From contig NC_092676.1 of the NCBI RefSeq assembly GCF_964355755.1, forward strand, positions 14,278,871 to 14,342,870: a stretch of 64,000 bases of DNA, in the 5' to 3' direction. A program made the position numbers and the translations under genes. This DNA comes from Antedon mediterranea. Lineage: Eukaryota > Animalia > Echinodermata. Shown here piece by piece: positions 1 through 12,429 of this stretch; the first letter of the stretch is position 1, and each line of letters starts with the position of its first letter. The notes under the pieces are model-generated. The model saw nothing but the letters and a program-made list of their open reading frames with translations, had not been told where the DNA came from and made no database searches.

Positions 1-292
1 AAACTAGATGAACAACCAAAGCTGAAGGCAAGACCCAAACATCCTGGGAAAGTTTATGCCGATTGTTATCTCCACGTTGAAGTGTTCTTAAAGTTACGTG
101 CGCTGCAGATATGATTCATCTGCGTATTGGACTTCTAACAAACTCGCTTGCTGTACCCATGATGAGTTACGGTATCCAGTCCACTGTATCAGTATTCGTC
201 CTTCCGTCTATTTTTTAAATTTTTCCCATTAGCCAAATCCCGCATTCCTTATCGTAACCCTGGATGTTGCTTCCAATTTTAAACGTCGACAT
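1..292 (-). pseudogene. Disrupted ORF resembling a Tudor/chromo-barrel domain, probably transposon cargo
   Basis: ATG at 292 gives MSTFKIGSNIQGYDKECGIWLMGKI*KIDGRTNTDTVDWIP*. The F.IG..I...D....W..GKI..ID.....V.W pattern resembles Royal-family barrels; in-frame stops are present. Confidence 0.25.
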
Positions 293-1496
293 TTTGTAAG
301 TGATAGTAAAGATTAAATGATGACACACACCAGTTTTCAGCATGTTTTTATACTTGTTGAGCGGCAACATAAACAAAATCGAAGAACAATATAATACAAT
401 AACTGTAGAGCATTAATTGTGCCTTTGTTTTTATGTAACCATAAAAAAGCGCTAAAACAAAGGGAGCTGTCGATAATAATAATTTACAATAATCGTAGAA
501 CTGAAATTCATGAATGTGTTGAAAAATGGTGTAATTTACCGGTTGAAACATGAGTGCAATTACAGCACAAACAAACAAACATTACGCAAACATTTTTGGT
601 TATTTTACATGATTGTAGGATTGTTTAGTGGTTTTTTTTTAAATCTATAAACAAAATTTTGTAGGTGTATGCCTACGTGGTACTCATTCGATTGTTGTTT
701 ATCGAAGCTACGAAGCCTACAAGTGGCGAAGCGTGGTAATGCATGGTACTTCGTGAGAACTGTTTAAGAAACGTGGGTAACGTTGCAGTAGTTTTTAGCT
801 GTTCTGTATACATCAAATGAACTTTCAGTTTCATGCTTAGGTAATAAAATGCACACCTTGTGGTATTAACTGCTCTACTATTAGTTTTATATTTGGCCAG
901 ATAAGTTTTTATTAATTAGTATTTTGAAAGTTTATTTCATCTTTTCAAATTATGGACAAAGAAAGCCTTTGCTGTATCAATTAGGAAATGGTATGCCAAG
1001 AAAATTTTGTAGGTTTCTCAAATTCTTGATGTGAGAACCACAAAAGCTATAGGTGGCAAACCTAGCAGCATACAACACTCACTGAAGTAGGCCTGCAAAG
1101 TTTTCAATAATGTAACAAATACAAATATAAATACAATAATAATGGAAGTATTGAGTGAAATTTCTAAATATTTGACAGTAATTACATCAAAGAAACTCTA
1201 TTTCATTCATGATTCACCTGACATGAAACAGCGTTTGATTTAAAGGGCCAGAGAACAGGATCGATCAACTTGCCCCTAAACTTGTAATGTCATACACATA
1301 TTGATATTGAAGTTTTTCTTGGCATACTTTTTCCCGATCGAGATAGCGAATGCTCTCATTCATGTATCAGTATGCTGTGACATTTTTTTTAGCTATTGAT
1401 AACATACATTTTAAAATTGTCATTATTTTGAATCTTACTATAATCTTAAAATGAAATAGATACAGTATTCAGTAATTGCTAAATTATTATTTTTAG

Positions 1497-2256
1497 CCAC
1501 ACAGCAGATGGGAGGACGTGGGCGTGGACGTGTAGGCAGGGATCGTGATATGATCGGACAGACAGTTCGTATCTGTCAAGGACCATTTAAAGGTAAGAAT
1601 TGCCATTTGAAATACTGAAAATCACAAAATTTGTGCACCTAGTACAGTAGTGGCCTAGTCTGGCCTACTGCTGTAGATTACTCTAGGCCTAGCTAGTGAC
1701 CACCACTGCATGCTGTAACTAAAGTATGCAAACACGGCAGCCTATTTAGCTACGATCTACGTATTTGGGGTCAATTTAAGGTCAACTTGGAATTTACGAA
1801 TCCTGTGTTTTACGTACGTCTTTCGGGCCCGTGCCATATGTAAAATGAAGGTTCTGCTGTGTAGTCTCCATGTTTATTTAGTTACATCCCTAAATTTACA
1901 TTAGCATATTCTGTTCAGGTTATGACATCCAGAGCTGAAGCGTCAATTTGACGAAGAGGACAACAATTTTGTAAAATCATGAACATTTGTTTATAATTCA
2001 AATCGAAAACAGAATTGTTTTTCTCCACCTAAACTTTCCAAAACAGTTAAAACCTTGGTGTAATAGTAGCCCAGTAAAAGTATGGTTGAACCTAGAATAA
2101 ATTGCAACAGAATTCTGTTTTGGTTGATATGGTCCAAATGACATCACATCTAAAGTTTACGGGAAGTGGATTAATTAGCATAAATTCAAAATGGCCACCA
2201 TTTACGATTTTTTAATCCCTGTTTATCCTTTGGTTGGTTTTAGACCACCTAAGTGC

Positions 2257-2290
<34 letters not shown>

Positions 2291-2512
2291 TGTCCACCCA
2301 GACAGCACTTGCCAGCTTTATACTATGACGTTATCCAAATTCCTTCACTTGCACTGATGAAGGGCTAGTGTTGCCCGAAAGCTCTGCTAACTTTTCTGGC
2401 TGTTTACTTTATCGTTTTGATTTAGCTTTTCGCTTTTTATTTTTGTATCTCCATTGAGATCCAGCCACTGATACCCACAGCATTGTCATTTTTTTCAGTA
2501 ATTTTCCTTTGG

Positions 2513-2549
<37 letters not shown>

Positions 2550-5500
2550 GGTTGAAATTTTCAGACCGTTTGGATAGTGTGCTCAATACCAAGGTAGAGC
2601 ATAAATAAATAAAATAACAGCAGAAAACTTGGTTACTTCATTGTTTTAATCACTACAAATTTGTTTCGTACGACCAGCATGTAGCTGGCCGCACTCTTCA
2701 GGTGAAATATAAAACATAAGTGACACAGTTGTCTCATAGTGCTTAATAAAAGTGAGTCATCAGGAAGTCGTATACAATAGCCTATTGTTTTAGATAAACT
2801 GTTTGGATCTGCAATTTAGTAAGAATTTTTTCCTATGTCTACAAGTAGAGACTAACTCGTTCTTACGGTTCAGTGAGCATAGCTCTGGTTGACATATAAT
2901 AACATACTTTTCATATATACATAAATTACATCTTTTGTTAATATTTGAGTAAGGTTTGCATTTCTTTATAATTTTCCATTTAATTGAGTAATTTGTTTTA
3001 GAGTCTTTAAGTGTCCATATATATTTACTGAGTTCCGTTGCATTTCTTAGTTTTTCGTTCCGGAATGAAGACGTATGGTTTCTGTATCTGGTTTTAAACT
3101 GGTTTTCAGTTAGTCCGACATATGTTTCTTCTTTTGATGAATCTTCTCTCTTTACTGTAGCTTGGTAAACTACACCTTTTGTTAGGCAGTTACCTGGGAG
3201 CGGGCATTCATTGGGATTGCGGCAGTTACATCCGCTTGTTTTCGCGTTGGTTTCAGTAGACTTTTCTTTGGCTATCACATATTTGTTGTGTGCGTTAATT
3301 ACTTTGTCTACGCTGGGCATGCAACTGTAGCTTAGTTTCAAGGTATTTTTGTTAAATATTTTTCTGAGCTTGTTGCCGGCAGGAAAACAATCTTCTACTA
3401 TAGCTAAAAACTTGTGGCCGATGTTGGTTGCTACGTTTTTGCTGAATGGTGGGTTAAACCAAATTATGTTTCTGGTACGTGATTTTTTGGGCTTCTGCTG
3501 TTCAGCATTGAACTCAAGTTGATGATTGTATCCACTTTCTTTGAGGGCTTCCTGGTATAGGGGTGCAGATGCATGAAATGTATCTTTGTCTGATGAGATG
3601 TCAGAAAGGCGTCTATTTATAGCAAGTGGGATGTTTCGGATAATAGATGGAGGATGGTTGCTGTCATGGTGCACGTAGGTTGGTTTGTTATTAGACTTAG
3701 TGAAAGGTCGGAAGATCCCTGTCCTTAGGTCGAACATTACATCCAAATAATTGACTATTTTCTTGTTAGCATCAATTGTTAGCTTGAGGTTGTTCTCCTG
3801 GAAAACCTTACAAATATCTTTCTTGATTAGCTCAATCGTTTTGGCTGATTCGCGAAACGCGGCTAGGCCATCGTCGCGGTATAGACCAATTTGGTTGCCA
3901 TATTTGTTAGACAGTTGCGACAAAAGATATTAACCTACGATTTCACAGGTTTCAGCACCATCAAAGCTTCCCATTGTGACGTCAAACACAGGTTGGTTTT
4001 CAGTTCCTTTTTTGCACCATGTAGCGTTATCATGGAAAAGGAGTGACTTTTTCGCTTGGATAATAATATTTGTTTCTTCATCGGAGGTTGCTTCAAACTC
4101 GGAGGCGAATTCAAGGGCTTTTTTAAGTAGGTCACTGGTTATTGACGGGTAGAAATCAACTATGTCGAAGCAAATAAACGAGTGCTTCTCCTTGTTTTGA
4201 ATGTTCTTATACCATTCGATAACAGAATTAGTGTTCTTCCATTGATTTAATCCTGTAGACGCTATTATTTTCTTATTTATTCTTTCAAGGATTTGTTTAC
4301 TTACGATGCCAATTTCTGATTTCGATGGGTTGATCAATCTACATGTCGGGTTGTTCTCGAAGTTGGGTTTGTGGTCTTTTAGTGTTATAAAAGCTTGCTT
4401 CTCGGCTAAACGCTCGATTCTGCTTTCCAATTTTAGTTTTGCGGCGGTTTCATATTCATCTCTGGCTAATTTAGAAGTTGTGCTTTTGTTCGTCTTCTTA
4501 TAAGATTTTGTAACACGCCGAGAATGTTAAAGAGTCGCTCTCCAATTGAGTTTGAACAATACCATGAAAGCCCCAGTGGTCTAATGGTTAGGACATCTGC
4601 ATATCAAGCAGGCGGTCCGAGTTTGATTCTCGGTTGGGGCGACTTTTTCTCATTCTCACAGATTTCCTCATCTTTATCGTTTCAAATTAATTAATTAAAA
4701 TTTCAGTATATCACCGGGCGGTTTAGAATTAATGTTCTATGCCTGATATGTTTATATATATATAAGTATCTCTTCGGAGATCCCGCCTCGTGAATAAAAA
4801 TACTGAAAGATGAGGGCGTATCAATTTGATCTCTGTTGCGCGTGCGAACAACTGAGGACTAATGCTGTTCCGCCGTACCACGGCGAGAATGTTAAAGAGT
4901 TGCTCTCCAATTGAGTTTGAACAATACCATGAAAGCCCCAGTGGTCTAATGGTTAGGACATCTGCATATCAAGCAGGCGGTCCGAGTTCGAGTCTCGGTT
5001 GGCGCGACTTTTTCTCATTCTCACAGATTTCCTCATCTTTATCGTTTCAAATTAATTAATTAAAATTTCAGTATATCACCGGGCGGTTTAGAATTAATGT
5101 TCTATGCCTGATATGTTTATATATATATATATAGCTATCCAATCGAGTTTGAACAATACCATGGTCTAATGGTTAGGGCAACTGCATATTAAACAGACGG
5201 TCCGAGTTCGAGTCTTGGTTGGGGCGACTTTTTCTCATTCTCACAGATTTCCTCATCTTTATCGTTTCAAATTAATTAATTAAATTTCAGTATATCACCG
5301 GGCAGTTTAGAATTAATGTTCTTTGCCTACTGTGTTTCTATATATCAGTATATCACCGGGCGGTTTAGAATTAATGTTCTTTGCCTGATTTGTTTATATA
5401 TAAAAGTATCTCTTCGGAGATCCCGCCTCGTGAATAAAAATACTGTAAGATGAGGGCATATCAATTTGATCTCTGGTGCGCGTGCGTACAACTGAGGACT

Positions 5501-8500
5501 AGTGCTGCTCCGCCATACCACGCCGAGAATGTTAAAGAGTCGCTATCCAATCGAGTTCGAACAATACCATGAAAGCCCCAGTGGTCTAATGGTTAGGACA
5601 TCTGCATATCAAGCAAGTCCGAGTTCGAGTCTCGGTTGGGGCGATTTTTTCTCATTCTCACAGATTTCCTCATCTTTATCGTTTCAAATTAATTAATTAA
5701 ATTTCAGTATATCACCGGGCGGTTTAGAATTAATGTTCTTTGCCTGATTTGTTTATATATATATATATATATATATACAAATTTTGCACAAAATTAGTAT
5801 AGTATTAGTACATCCAAAAAATTACAGACAAAAAAAATTATTTAATACTCTATCTACAAAAAAAAAAATCTTTTCAATACGAACACCTAAGTACACTGGT
5901 TACCATTTCAAATATTGCAAAAACCCCTATTATGGAGACACTATTGGGACTCTACAAAGTGTCCCCTTAATAAAGGTTTTCTTTGAGTAGGGTTGACTGT
6001 AGTGTAAACATTTACCCTCATTCGTTTCACAAAAACATGTCCCCTATTATAGTATAGAAGCGGTCGTGTCAAGTGGTCGAGCGGTTAAGGCAGGTGCACC
6101 GCAAACCAAAGCCATATCGACACAGGTTCAAAGCTCTCCTCGATACCATTGTTCTTGCGGTGGGACAAGCACACATCTGGCTTGTGTGTAAAGAAGTGCA
6201 TATTTGGGAAAGGTACTGGTAGAAAATACCAATTATCCAACTGTAACAGGTACTTGTGTTTAAACTGTATTGTTATTTTCTAGGTTATATTGGTATAGTG
6301 AAAGATGCTACTGAAACTACAGCACGTGTAGAATTACATTCCATGTTCAAGACAATTACTGTTGACCGAAATCGCTTGAACCCAGTAGGGTAAATACAAG
6401 AATCATTAAACTATTGATAATCTCTATTTCCAACATTCAAATGTTATTCTTGGTTTACAGTTGAAAATTGCTTGTACACATTTTAATTAGGCCTAAAACC
6501 TTAATAATAGACACAAAATAACATGAGTAAGTTCACTTTTTAAATTTTCAGAATTTGGTGGAAATAATATAAAGACACATTTTCGTTTGCTGTCCCAACT
6601 CAACCAACTGCTTACTTGAGTGTAAAGTCCTGCTAATCTTTAAACTTGGAACATTAATAATCTAAAATTTTATGTAACAAATTGTACAATTATAGCCCAC
6701 TTTATACTTTTATGATAATGGCTCTTTCATATGTTTTTATGATAAATTCATAATACTATTTTTAGGGGCCAGAAAAGAAGCGGTGGAGCAAGTACATTTT
6801 ATGCAAGAACACCTATGTACGGATCACAAACACCAATGTATGGGTCTGGTTCAAGAACTCCTATGTATGGCTCACAAACACCAGTACATGAAGGTTTGTG
6901 TAAAGTTTTATATGAAAGAATATTTAATGTTACCATTGTTTACTAAAATCTAAGTCTAAAATACTAGACTTTTATTTTTTCTACACCTGTCAACTCAAAA
7001 ACAAATTTGAAAAATTTTCTTTTTTTTTGTATGTGGAAAAAGAACCATCATCATATCCTAATATTTGTATAAAATAATGTTTAAACAATAGTAAATGGCT
7101 GAAGACTACAAAATGTTACTCTTGCACTATAGTTAATTGTGTGTAAAATGCACAATGTGTAACTAGGCTCTGTCTATATCTAAAATACAGGCACATTATA
7201 ACATTTGTTGCTTTCTTTTCTTTACAGGAAGTAGAACGCCTCATTATGATTCATCTCAAACCCCATTGCATGATGGTAGTCAAACTCCGGGTAGATCTGG
7301 AGCTTGGGATCCAAACAATCCAAATACCCCATCAAGGTGAGATTGATACAGATAATTACACTTTTGTGAATGATCCAGGAAATGACCTTATTATAGTACC
7401 AACCCTTCCAAGTAGCTATAGCCTTACTTTTTCTCAGTAGGTAAATTATACTTATACAGTCCTTGTTGTGTATATTGAATAATCATGCAGTCCCAATTCT
7501 TCCTTATGCATTAGTGTGTATTATTTGCATGTGAATCTTTTTTAAGTTTAAATACACATTTGTTAATTTATATTGTATGATGTCAAATTTCCATTAATTT
7601 AATGTATAATTACATTTAATTTTTGTAATGTATTTTTTTACCTTTTTTATAAAGTCTTCAAATTGCAGTTTGCAAGTATAGTTTACCATTGAAATATGCA
7701 TTTAAGGCAAAAAAAAAAAAAAATTGTGTTGGCCACGTTTTTGGTAAATCCTAAAAATGGGTAGGTCGGTAGGAAAAGTTTTTTTTTTTTTTTTTTTTTT
7801 TTTTTCCCAGACCAAAAATGTGGTGCCGGTAAAATAATAAACAATTTACACAAATGATACAAAAATACTTTTTAAACACTTTTCATAGCACCATAGGCTC
7901 ACGCTAGCTATAATTGTTTCAACAAAAGTTTAAAAAAGGTTTATTAAATATACCTAGACCTAGCTTTTTTAGGCAAAAAGGCCTAGGCTCTAGCTACCAT
8001 TTCCAACAAAAACAATCAAGGTCGAAATAAACTATTGCCGTGTTAATGCTGCAAGCGGCAAGTTAACATAGCCTATTATATTATTTTAGATAAAAAATAT
8101 TGAGTTTTATATTGTTTTATCCATACGTAATTACACTGGCATTAAAGATATAACATTAAAATGTAGGCCGTTATGAGCCATATATTTCGGCGATTTCTTA
8201 TCGCGGGGAAATTCCCCAACCAGAGACATCGATCGATCGAGGAGTAGGCATCATAGGCTTAGATGTCCGCCGGCTAGAGGCCTAGGCTACGTACATGCCG
8301 GAACAGATGGATTATCGCTATATAAATAACAAGCTTGAACAAAAGAGCTTACTACAATCTTTGGTAATTTTTTATTAAACGTATATAGGCCTAGGCCCTA
8401 GGCCTACTTGCTTGGCGAATCCATGACTTTTACATCATTTAACAAGTTCGTAATCGGATCGTAGTACTGTACAGTAAAACCAAAAATCACCGCATCAACA

Positions 8501-11500
8501 ACCTCGTGCGCGATGTCGATCTGTTGTTCTTTTGCATGCTGCAGATCAACATTGGTAGAATCCATTAATTTTTTTGGCCTAACTATCATCAGAGTTCAAT
8601 AAAGGTCAATATATAAATACAGTGCTTTATACTTTCATCAGTCCAATATGGGTTGGTCGCTAGTCACAGAGCTGCAGCTTTCAACCCTCGTCGGGGAGCC
8701 TAGCCCCCCCGTCGGGGAACCTAGCCCCCCCGTCGGGGAACACGGGTACTTTTTGTCGGGGAATATAATATACAGTAAAAAACGTTCGCGTTCACTTCAT
8801 ATAGCTTCAGCGCCTAGAAAACCACGACGTTCCATTGACCGTGAGAGTACGTCAGAGGGCTAATATGCACGTTTATGCATTCATTATTGCCAGCGATCTA
8901 ACTTACTACTAAACATTAGCTGGTATCCCTTTGTACGAATCGTTCAACGTTGGGTCGAGACGCGTGATATCATGTTCCATCCAGGGACCAAAATGTGTAC
9001 TGTAGTTATTTTCCAGGCGAAGTTTGCCGACGGTTACGTCGTGTACTGCGTCGACGTACGCTACACTACAGCAAAAACGAATTATGTTAATTGTTCGTAT
9101 GTTCACCAATTTTTTAATTTACAAGTAACCTTCTGTACCGTGGGGCACCTAAAATAAATTTTTCATCCATTACTAAACAAAAAACATGCCATTTTCGCTT
9201 AGCCAACATCTTATTATAGCTATAGTTATTACATTTTCAATATCCTGTATGTCATGAATTTCTCACCACTCGGAAATCCAGATGGTACGCATGCATACAC
9301 CTGGGAGGAATAAACTTATTTCCCCGACTGAAAAAGGTCTACGCTTGCGTTTTTTAAGCCTCTAGGCCTGATGTTTCCAAAGTATAAAATGCAATTTTTT
9401 GAAGACCTGCAGCTCTAGTTTTAAACATTTTCTTAGCTCAGCCCCAACAATAAAGCTGGTCATATTTCGAAGAACAAGAAGTACATTTTCTGGGACCTAA
9501 CATCTCTATTTTTCAAACATTTCTTAGCTCAGTCACAACCATGATAGGGATTTATATATTTTTTTTTAATTTTTTGAAGTATAATAAGTCCAATTTCCGG
9601 GAACTCCAACTCTATTTTTCTAAATTTTCTTTGAACTTTTGTTTTTTAAATTGAAAAATATTGATTGAAACAGTCATCGCGCATCTTTTTTTGCACGCAG
9701 TATTTTATTTATGCATTATAAAAAATGGAAAAAATGGCTACCCTAAATCTGATTAAAAAGACCTCAAATGACGCTAGAACGCGTTGCTTCCGGGGGCTTC
9801 GCCCCCTGGACCCCCACCGGGGGCCCTTGGCGGCTCCCTGGGCCCCCCAGCCTAGTGATGCTCGCTTCGCTCGCATATAGCCCCCTCGTCGGGGAATGTA
9901 GCCCCCGGGTCGGGAAGATCCTGGCGCCACCCCTGCTTTCAACTCTCAAATTACTAAACCTTCTCCATAATAACTTCTTACTTACTATGTGTATAAGTGT
10001 CCACCATAATGTATATCAAGCATAGTTGTCTTTTCCACCATAATGAATTCCTTGCCTTTATCTCCTGGAATTTGTATACTGATAAACCTACAATGTCTTC
10101 TCGAACCGACTGATCAAGTCTTTTCAATCCGTTCTCTCTTTCCTTCTGCCTCTCATCACCCTCTTCCTACAACCACTTGACCATTTGCATTATAATACCG
10201 CTCAACAATTTGCATTACAAAACAGCTCGAAACTTGTGCTTGAGCAGTGGTATGACTTAAAATACACTAGTTCTAACGCAGAAAAATATCTAAAATGTTA
10301 TATCCATTGACATATTTAGGAGCCAACTTTAGTTTCCTATGCCATATGGATGTGACAAGTGATATGTTTAAATAAAATGATTACATTTTAATATTTGTTT
10401 TAAAGACAAAGTGACTATGACTATACATTTGATGAAAACTCACCATCGCCTCAAGCTTACAGTTCAAACCCAGCTACACCAGGATATGCTTCTGAATCGC
10501 CTACCAACACTGGACCCTACACTCCAGCCACACCAGGTAGTGCTTCAGGTATCTATGGCAGTGAGTCTACATACTCTCCATACCAACCTACTCCATCACC
10601 AGGTAGTTACCAACGTAAGTGCACAATTAATTTTATTCTAAACCTATATCTACTTTCTGGTTTTAATCCATTTTCCTCTTAGAAACAAATTTAAGATACA
10701 TTAATTTTTTTACATTTCATTGAGAGGCTTCACCAACTTATAAGAATAACCTTTAAGATTGTCATTGTTTAAAAATTATAGCTAGCCCATCAGGAAGTTT
10801 CAACCAAGCCCCAAGTCCTGGCACATATCAAGGAACCCCATCACCACAGAGTTATCACCTTACATCACCAGGCAGCTACCAAGCTACACCTAGTCCGGTT
10901 GGTTTTCCAATGACCCCTGGAGCACCATCACCCATGGGGTACAACCCGCACACTCCAGGAGGTACCATTGATCCATCTCAAGCTGAGTGGCAGACAACAG
11001 ATATTGAAGTTAAGATACGTGATACACACGATGATCAGGAATTGGTATTTAAGACTGGTGTCATACGGAGTGTTTCGGTGAGCAACACATTCTTGTGTTT
11101 ATTGTAATCACATTCCAAAACCATGGTTATTTTATTTTTGCAATATACAAATGCCTCAATTCTCGGCCATCATCATGTCATACAGTTAAGTTAAATACTT
11201 CAAATACACTTGTTATTGTAGTACTCACTGGCTACAAATATAATGTTTTGATCTATTATTGTAGGGTGCTATGTGTTCCGTGTTTCTACCAGAGGATGAT
11301 AAAGTTGTCAACATTCACGCCCATCACCTGGAACCAGTTGTCCCAACAAAGACTGATAGGGTAACATTATTTAATCAATTTAATCATGATTTTTATACAT
11401 AAAATTGGTTCTCAAAAACAATGGAACATGTATGCTTTAGTACAGTACATGGTTTTGAGACCAGAATTCGAATGAAATCCTAAAAAAAGTTAGCAAAACC

Positions 11501-11771
11501 TCGTATTTATGTTTAAAATTGTGAAATAATTCAAAATACTTACTTAAAGCCTGAAGCATGGCATCCATTCTTAATACATTTATGTACAGAAAACCTTTAT
11601 GCACATTTAAATTTTATTGTTTATTATTAGGTAAAAGTTATTCTTGGCGATGATCGTGAAAGCACTGGAACACTTATTAACATTGATGGAGAAGATGGTA
11701 TAGTAAAGATGGACCAAGCTGATCTCAAGATTTTACAATTGAGGTTCCTTGGAAAACTACATGAGAAATAA
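1497..11771 (+). CDS. SUPT5H: Transcription elongation factor SPT5, last 8 coding exons (5' part lies upstream of the window)
   Basis: GT-AG exons 1497-1592, 6284-6389, 6766-6893, 7228-7336, 10406-10614, 10782-11077, 11265-11360 and 11631-11771 join in phase. They give KOW5 ([32 protein letters not shown]), CTR repeats ([25 protein letters not shown]) and C-terminal KOW6/7 ([26 protein letters not shown]...LGKLHEK*). Confidence 0.97.
2289..2515 (+). mobile_element. Short non-autonomous Penelope/retrozyme-like element between two (TA)n tracts
   Basis: About 225 bp bounded by (TA)n at ~2260-2288 and ~2516-2546; contains a minimal hammerhead motif. Confidence 0.6.
2349..2390 (+). ncRNA. Minimal type I hammerhead ribozyme
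   Basis: GCA-CTGATGA-A-GGGC(tagtgtt)GCCC-GAAA-GC-TC-TGC: core CUGAUGA/GAAA, stem II, collapsed palindromic helix III and stem I GCA/TGC. This is the minimal variant known from Penelope-like elements. Confidence 0.75.
2648..2707 (-). ncRNA. Type I hammerhead ribozyme in the Penelope 3' region
   Basis: Minus strand TCAC-CTGAAGA-GTGCGGCCAGC(TACAT)GCTGGTCGTAC-GAAA-CAAATTTG-TA-GTGA: full core, 11-bp stem II, palindromic helix III and a GUA cleavage triplet. Confidence 0.9.
2790..4430 (-). pseudogene. Penelope RT + GIY-YIG ORF broken by one in-frame TAA at 3930-3932
   Basis: ORFs 3930..4430 and 2790..3923 are in the same frame, separated by TAA ([15 protein letters not shown]). Confidence 0.9.
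4570..4641 (+). tRNA. tRNA-like gene, anticodon ATC (Asp-like), repeat-borne, T-loop variant
   Basis: 72-nt cloverleaf: GCCCCAG/TTGGGGC, GTCT/GGAC, TCTGC/GCAGG with loop ATATCAA, CCGAG/CTCGG; followed by TTTTT. Confidence 0.5.
4935..5006 (+). tRNA. tRNA-like gene, anticodon ATC, repeat-borne
   Basis: Same cloverleaf with A box TGGTCTAATGG and B box AGTTCGAGTC; one acceptor-stem mismatch; TTTTT terminator. Confidence 0.5.
6061..6260 (+). mobile_element. Degenerate tRNA-derived SINE
   Basis: A box TGGTCGAGCGG and B box GGTTCAAAG; body loosely similar to the SINE at 30805. Confidence 0.55.
8686..9935 (-). mobile_element. Non-autonomous hAT-like element, one TIR missing
   Basis: CTTTCAAC is duplicated at 8678-8685 and 9936-9943. 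The right end reads CAGGGGTGGCGCCAGG on the minus strand; CCC(T)CGTCGGGGA subterminal repeats occur near both ends. Confidence 0.6.
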
Positions 11772-12429
11772 ACATTTACACTGCAATGTTACATTTTTTT
11801 TAAAGATGTTAAAGGACACTGTTCCATAATGTGAATTGCGATGCTTCTTACTGGTCTCAATACATTTATTTGAGAATGTGTTTTATAAATCATATTATTA
11901 ACATTCCTATGTCACATTTATGAATGCTGTTAGACATTTTGCCTGTAACTGAAGTTACAATTGGTATGCATGTAATTTAGGAATAGAATTCCTTATTAAA
12001 CAAATCGATTTCATTTTACTGAAATTTTAGAAGTTGCACATTGCTTGTCAGCTTCCGTTCAAAATGATGTTCTGTGATGTTTAATCTGTATCAGTTAAAC
12101 TTCAGGTTAAATAATTAATGAACATTTAAATGTCTCTGAACATTTTCTAATTTGGTATAAGATTGTATGAGAACATATTGGCTTTTATTGGTTCTGAACA
12201 TTTAATCTAGAAAAAAATAATTGTTTTTATTATGTAACATGAGATAAAACACACATTTTGTAATCATTATTTTCTAAATTGAATTCTGAAGACATATTCA
12301 CTAAAGCTTTTGAGAATGAACCATTATTTGGTTTGTTGTTTTATTTCATGATGATGAAGTAAAACCTACAAATTGGAAATGTTCTATCATACTAATAGGT
12401 TTTCATGTTTTATTGTTGTTTTGTATGTG

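Larger units (their letters stand above)
2547..4513 (-). mobile_element. Penelope-like retroelement (Naiad-type), 5'-truncated, in an SPT5 intron
   Basis: RT ([24 protein letters not shown]) followed by [11 protein letters not shown] and a GIY-YIG endonuclease (GVVYQ...YVGLT..FKTRY..H). The 3' region has a hammerhead and ends in (TA)n. Confidence 0.93.
4514..5777 (+). repeat. Head-to-tail array of a ~365-bp (TA)n-associated element with an internal tRNA-like gene
   Basis: About 3.5 near-identical units with tRNA-like cores at 4570, 4935, ~5161 (5'-deleted) and 5575. Units are joined through TA tracts; the same family occurs at 16130-16603. Confidence 0.92.

Noticed and set aside
3930-3932. 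In-frame stop in the Naiad-type Penelope ORF as a selenocysteine codon
   Set aside because: The codon is TAA, not TGA, at a position where Leu (TTA) fits. The ATGA..AA..GA stretch at ~2725-2762 does not form a convincing SECIS.
4852-4890. CTGAGGA/CTGACGA in the tRNA-bearing repeat as a hammerhead core
   Set aside because: No correctly placed stem II plus GAAA and no cleavage triplet could be built.
4862-5696. Short ORFs in the tandem repeat (also 35146-35427, 36697-36918, 56948-57190)
   Set aside because: Incidental frames in non-coding repeats with no recognisable domains.
9709-10025. GC-rich overlapping ORFs
   Set aside because: They fall in the GC-rich terminal region of a non-autonomous hAT-like element and show no protein similarity.
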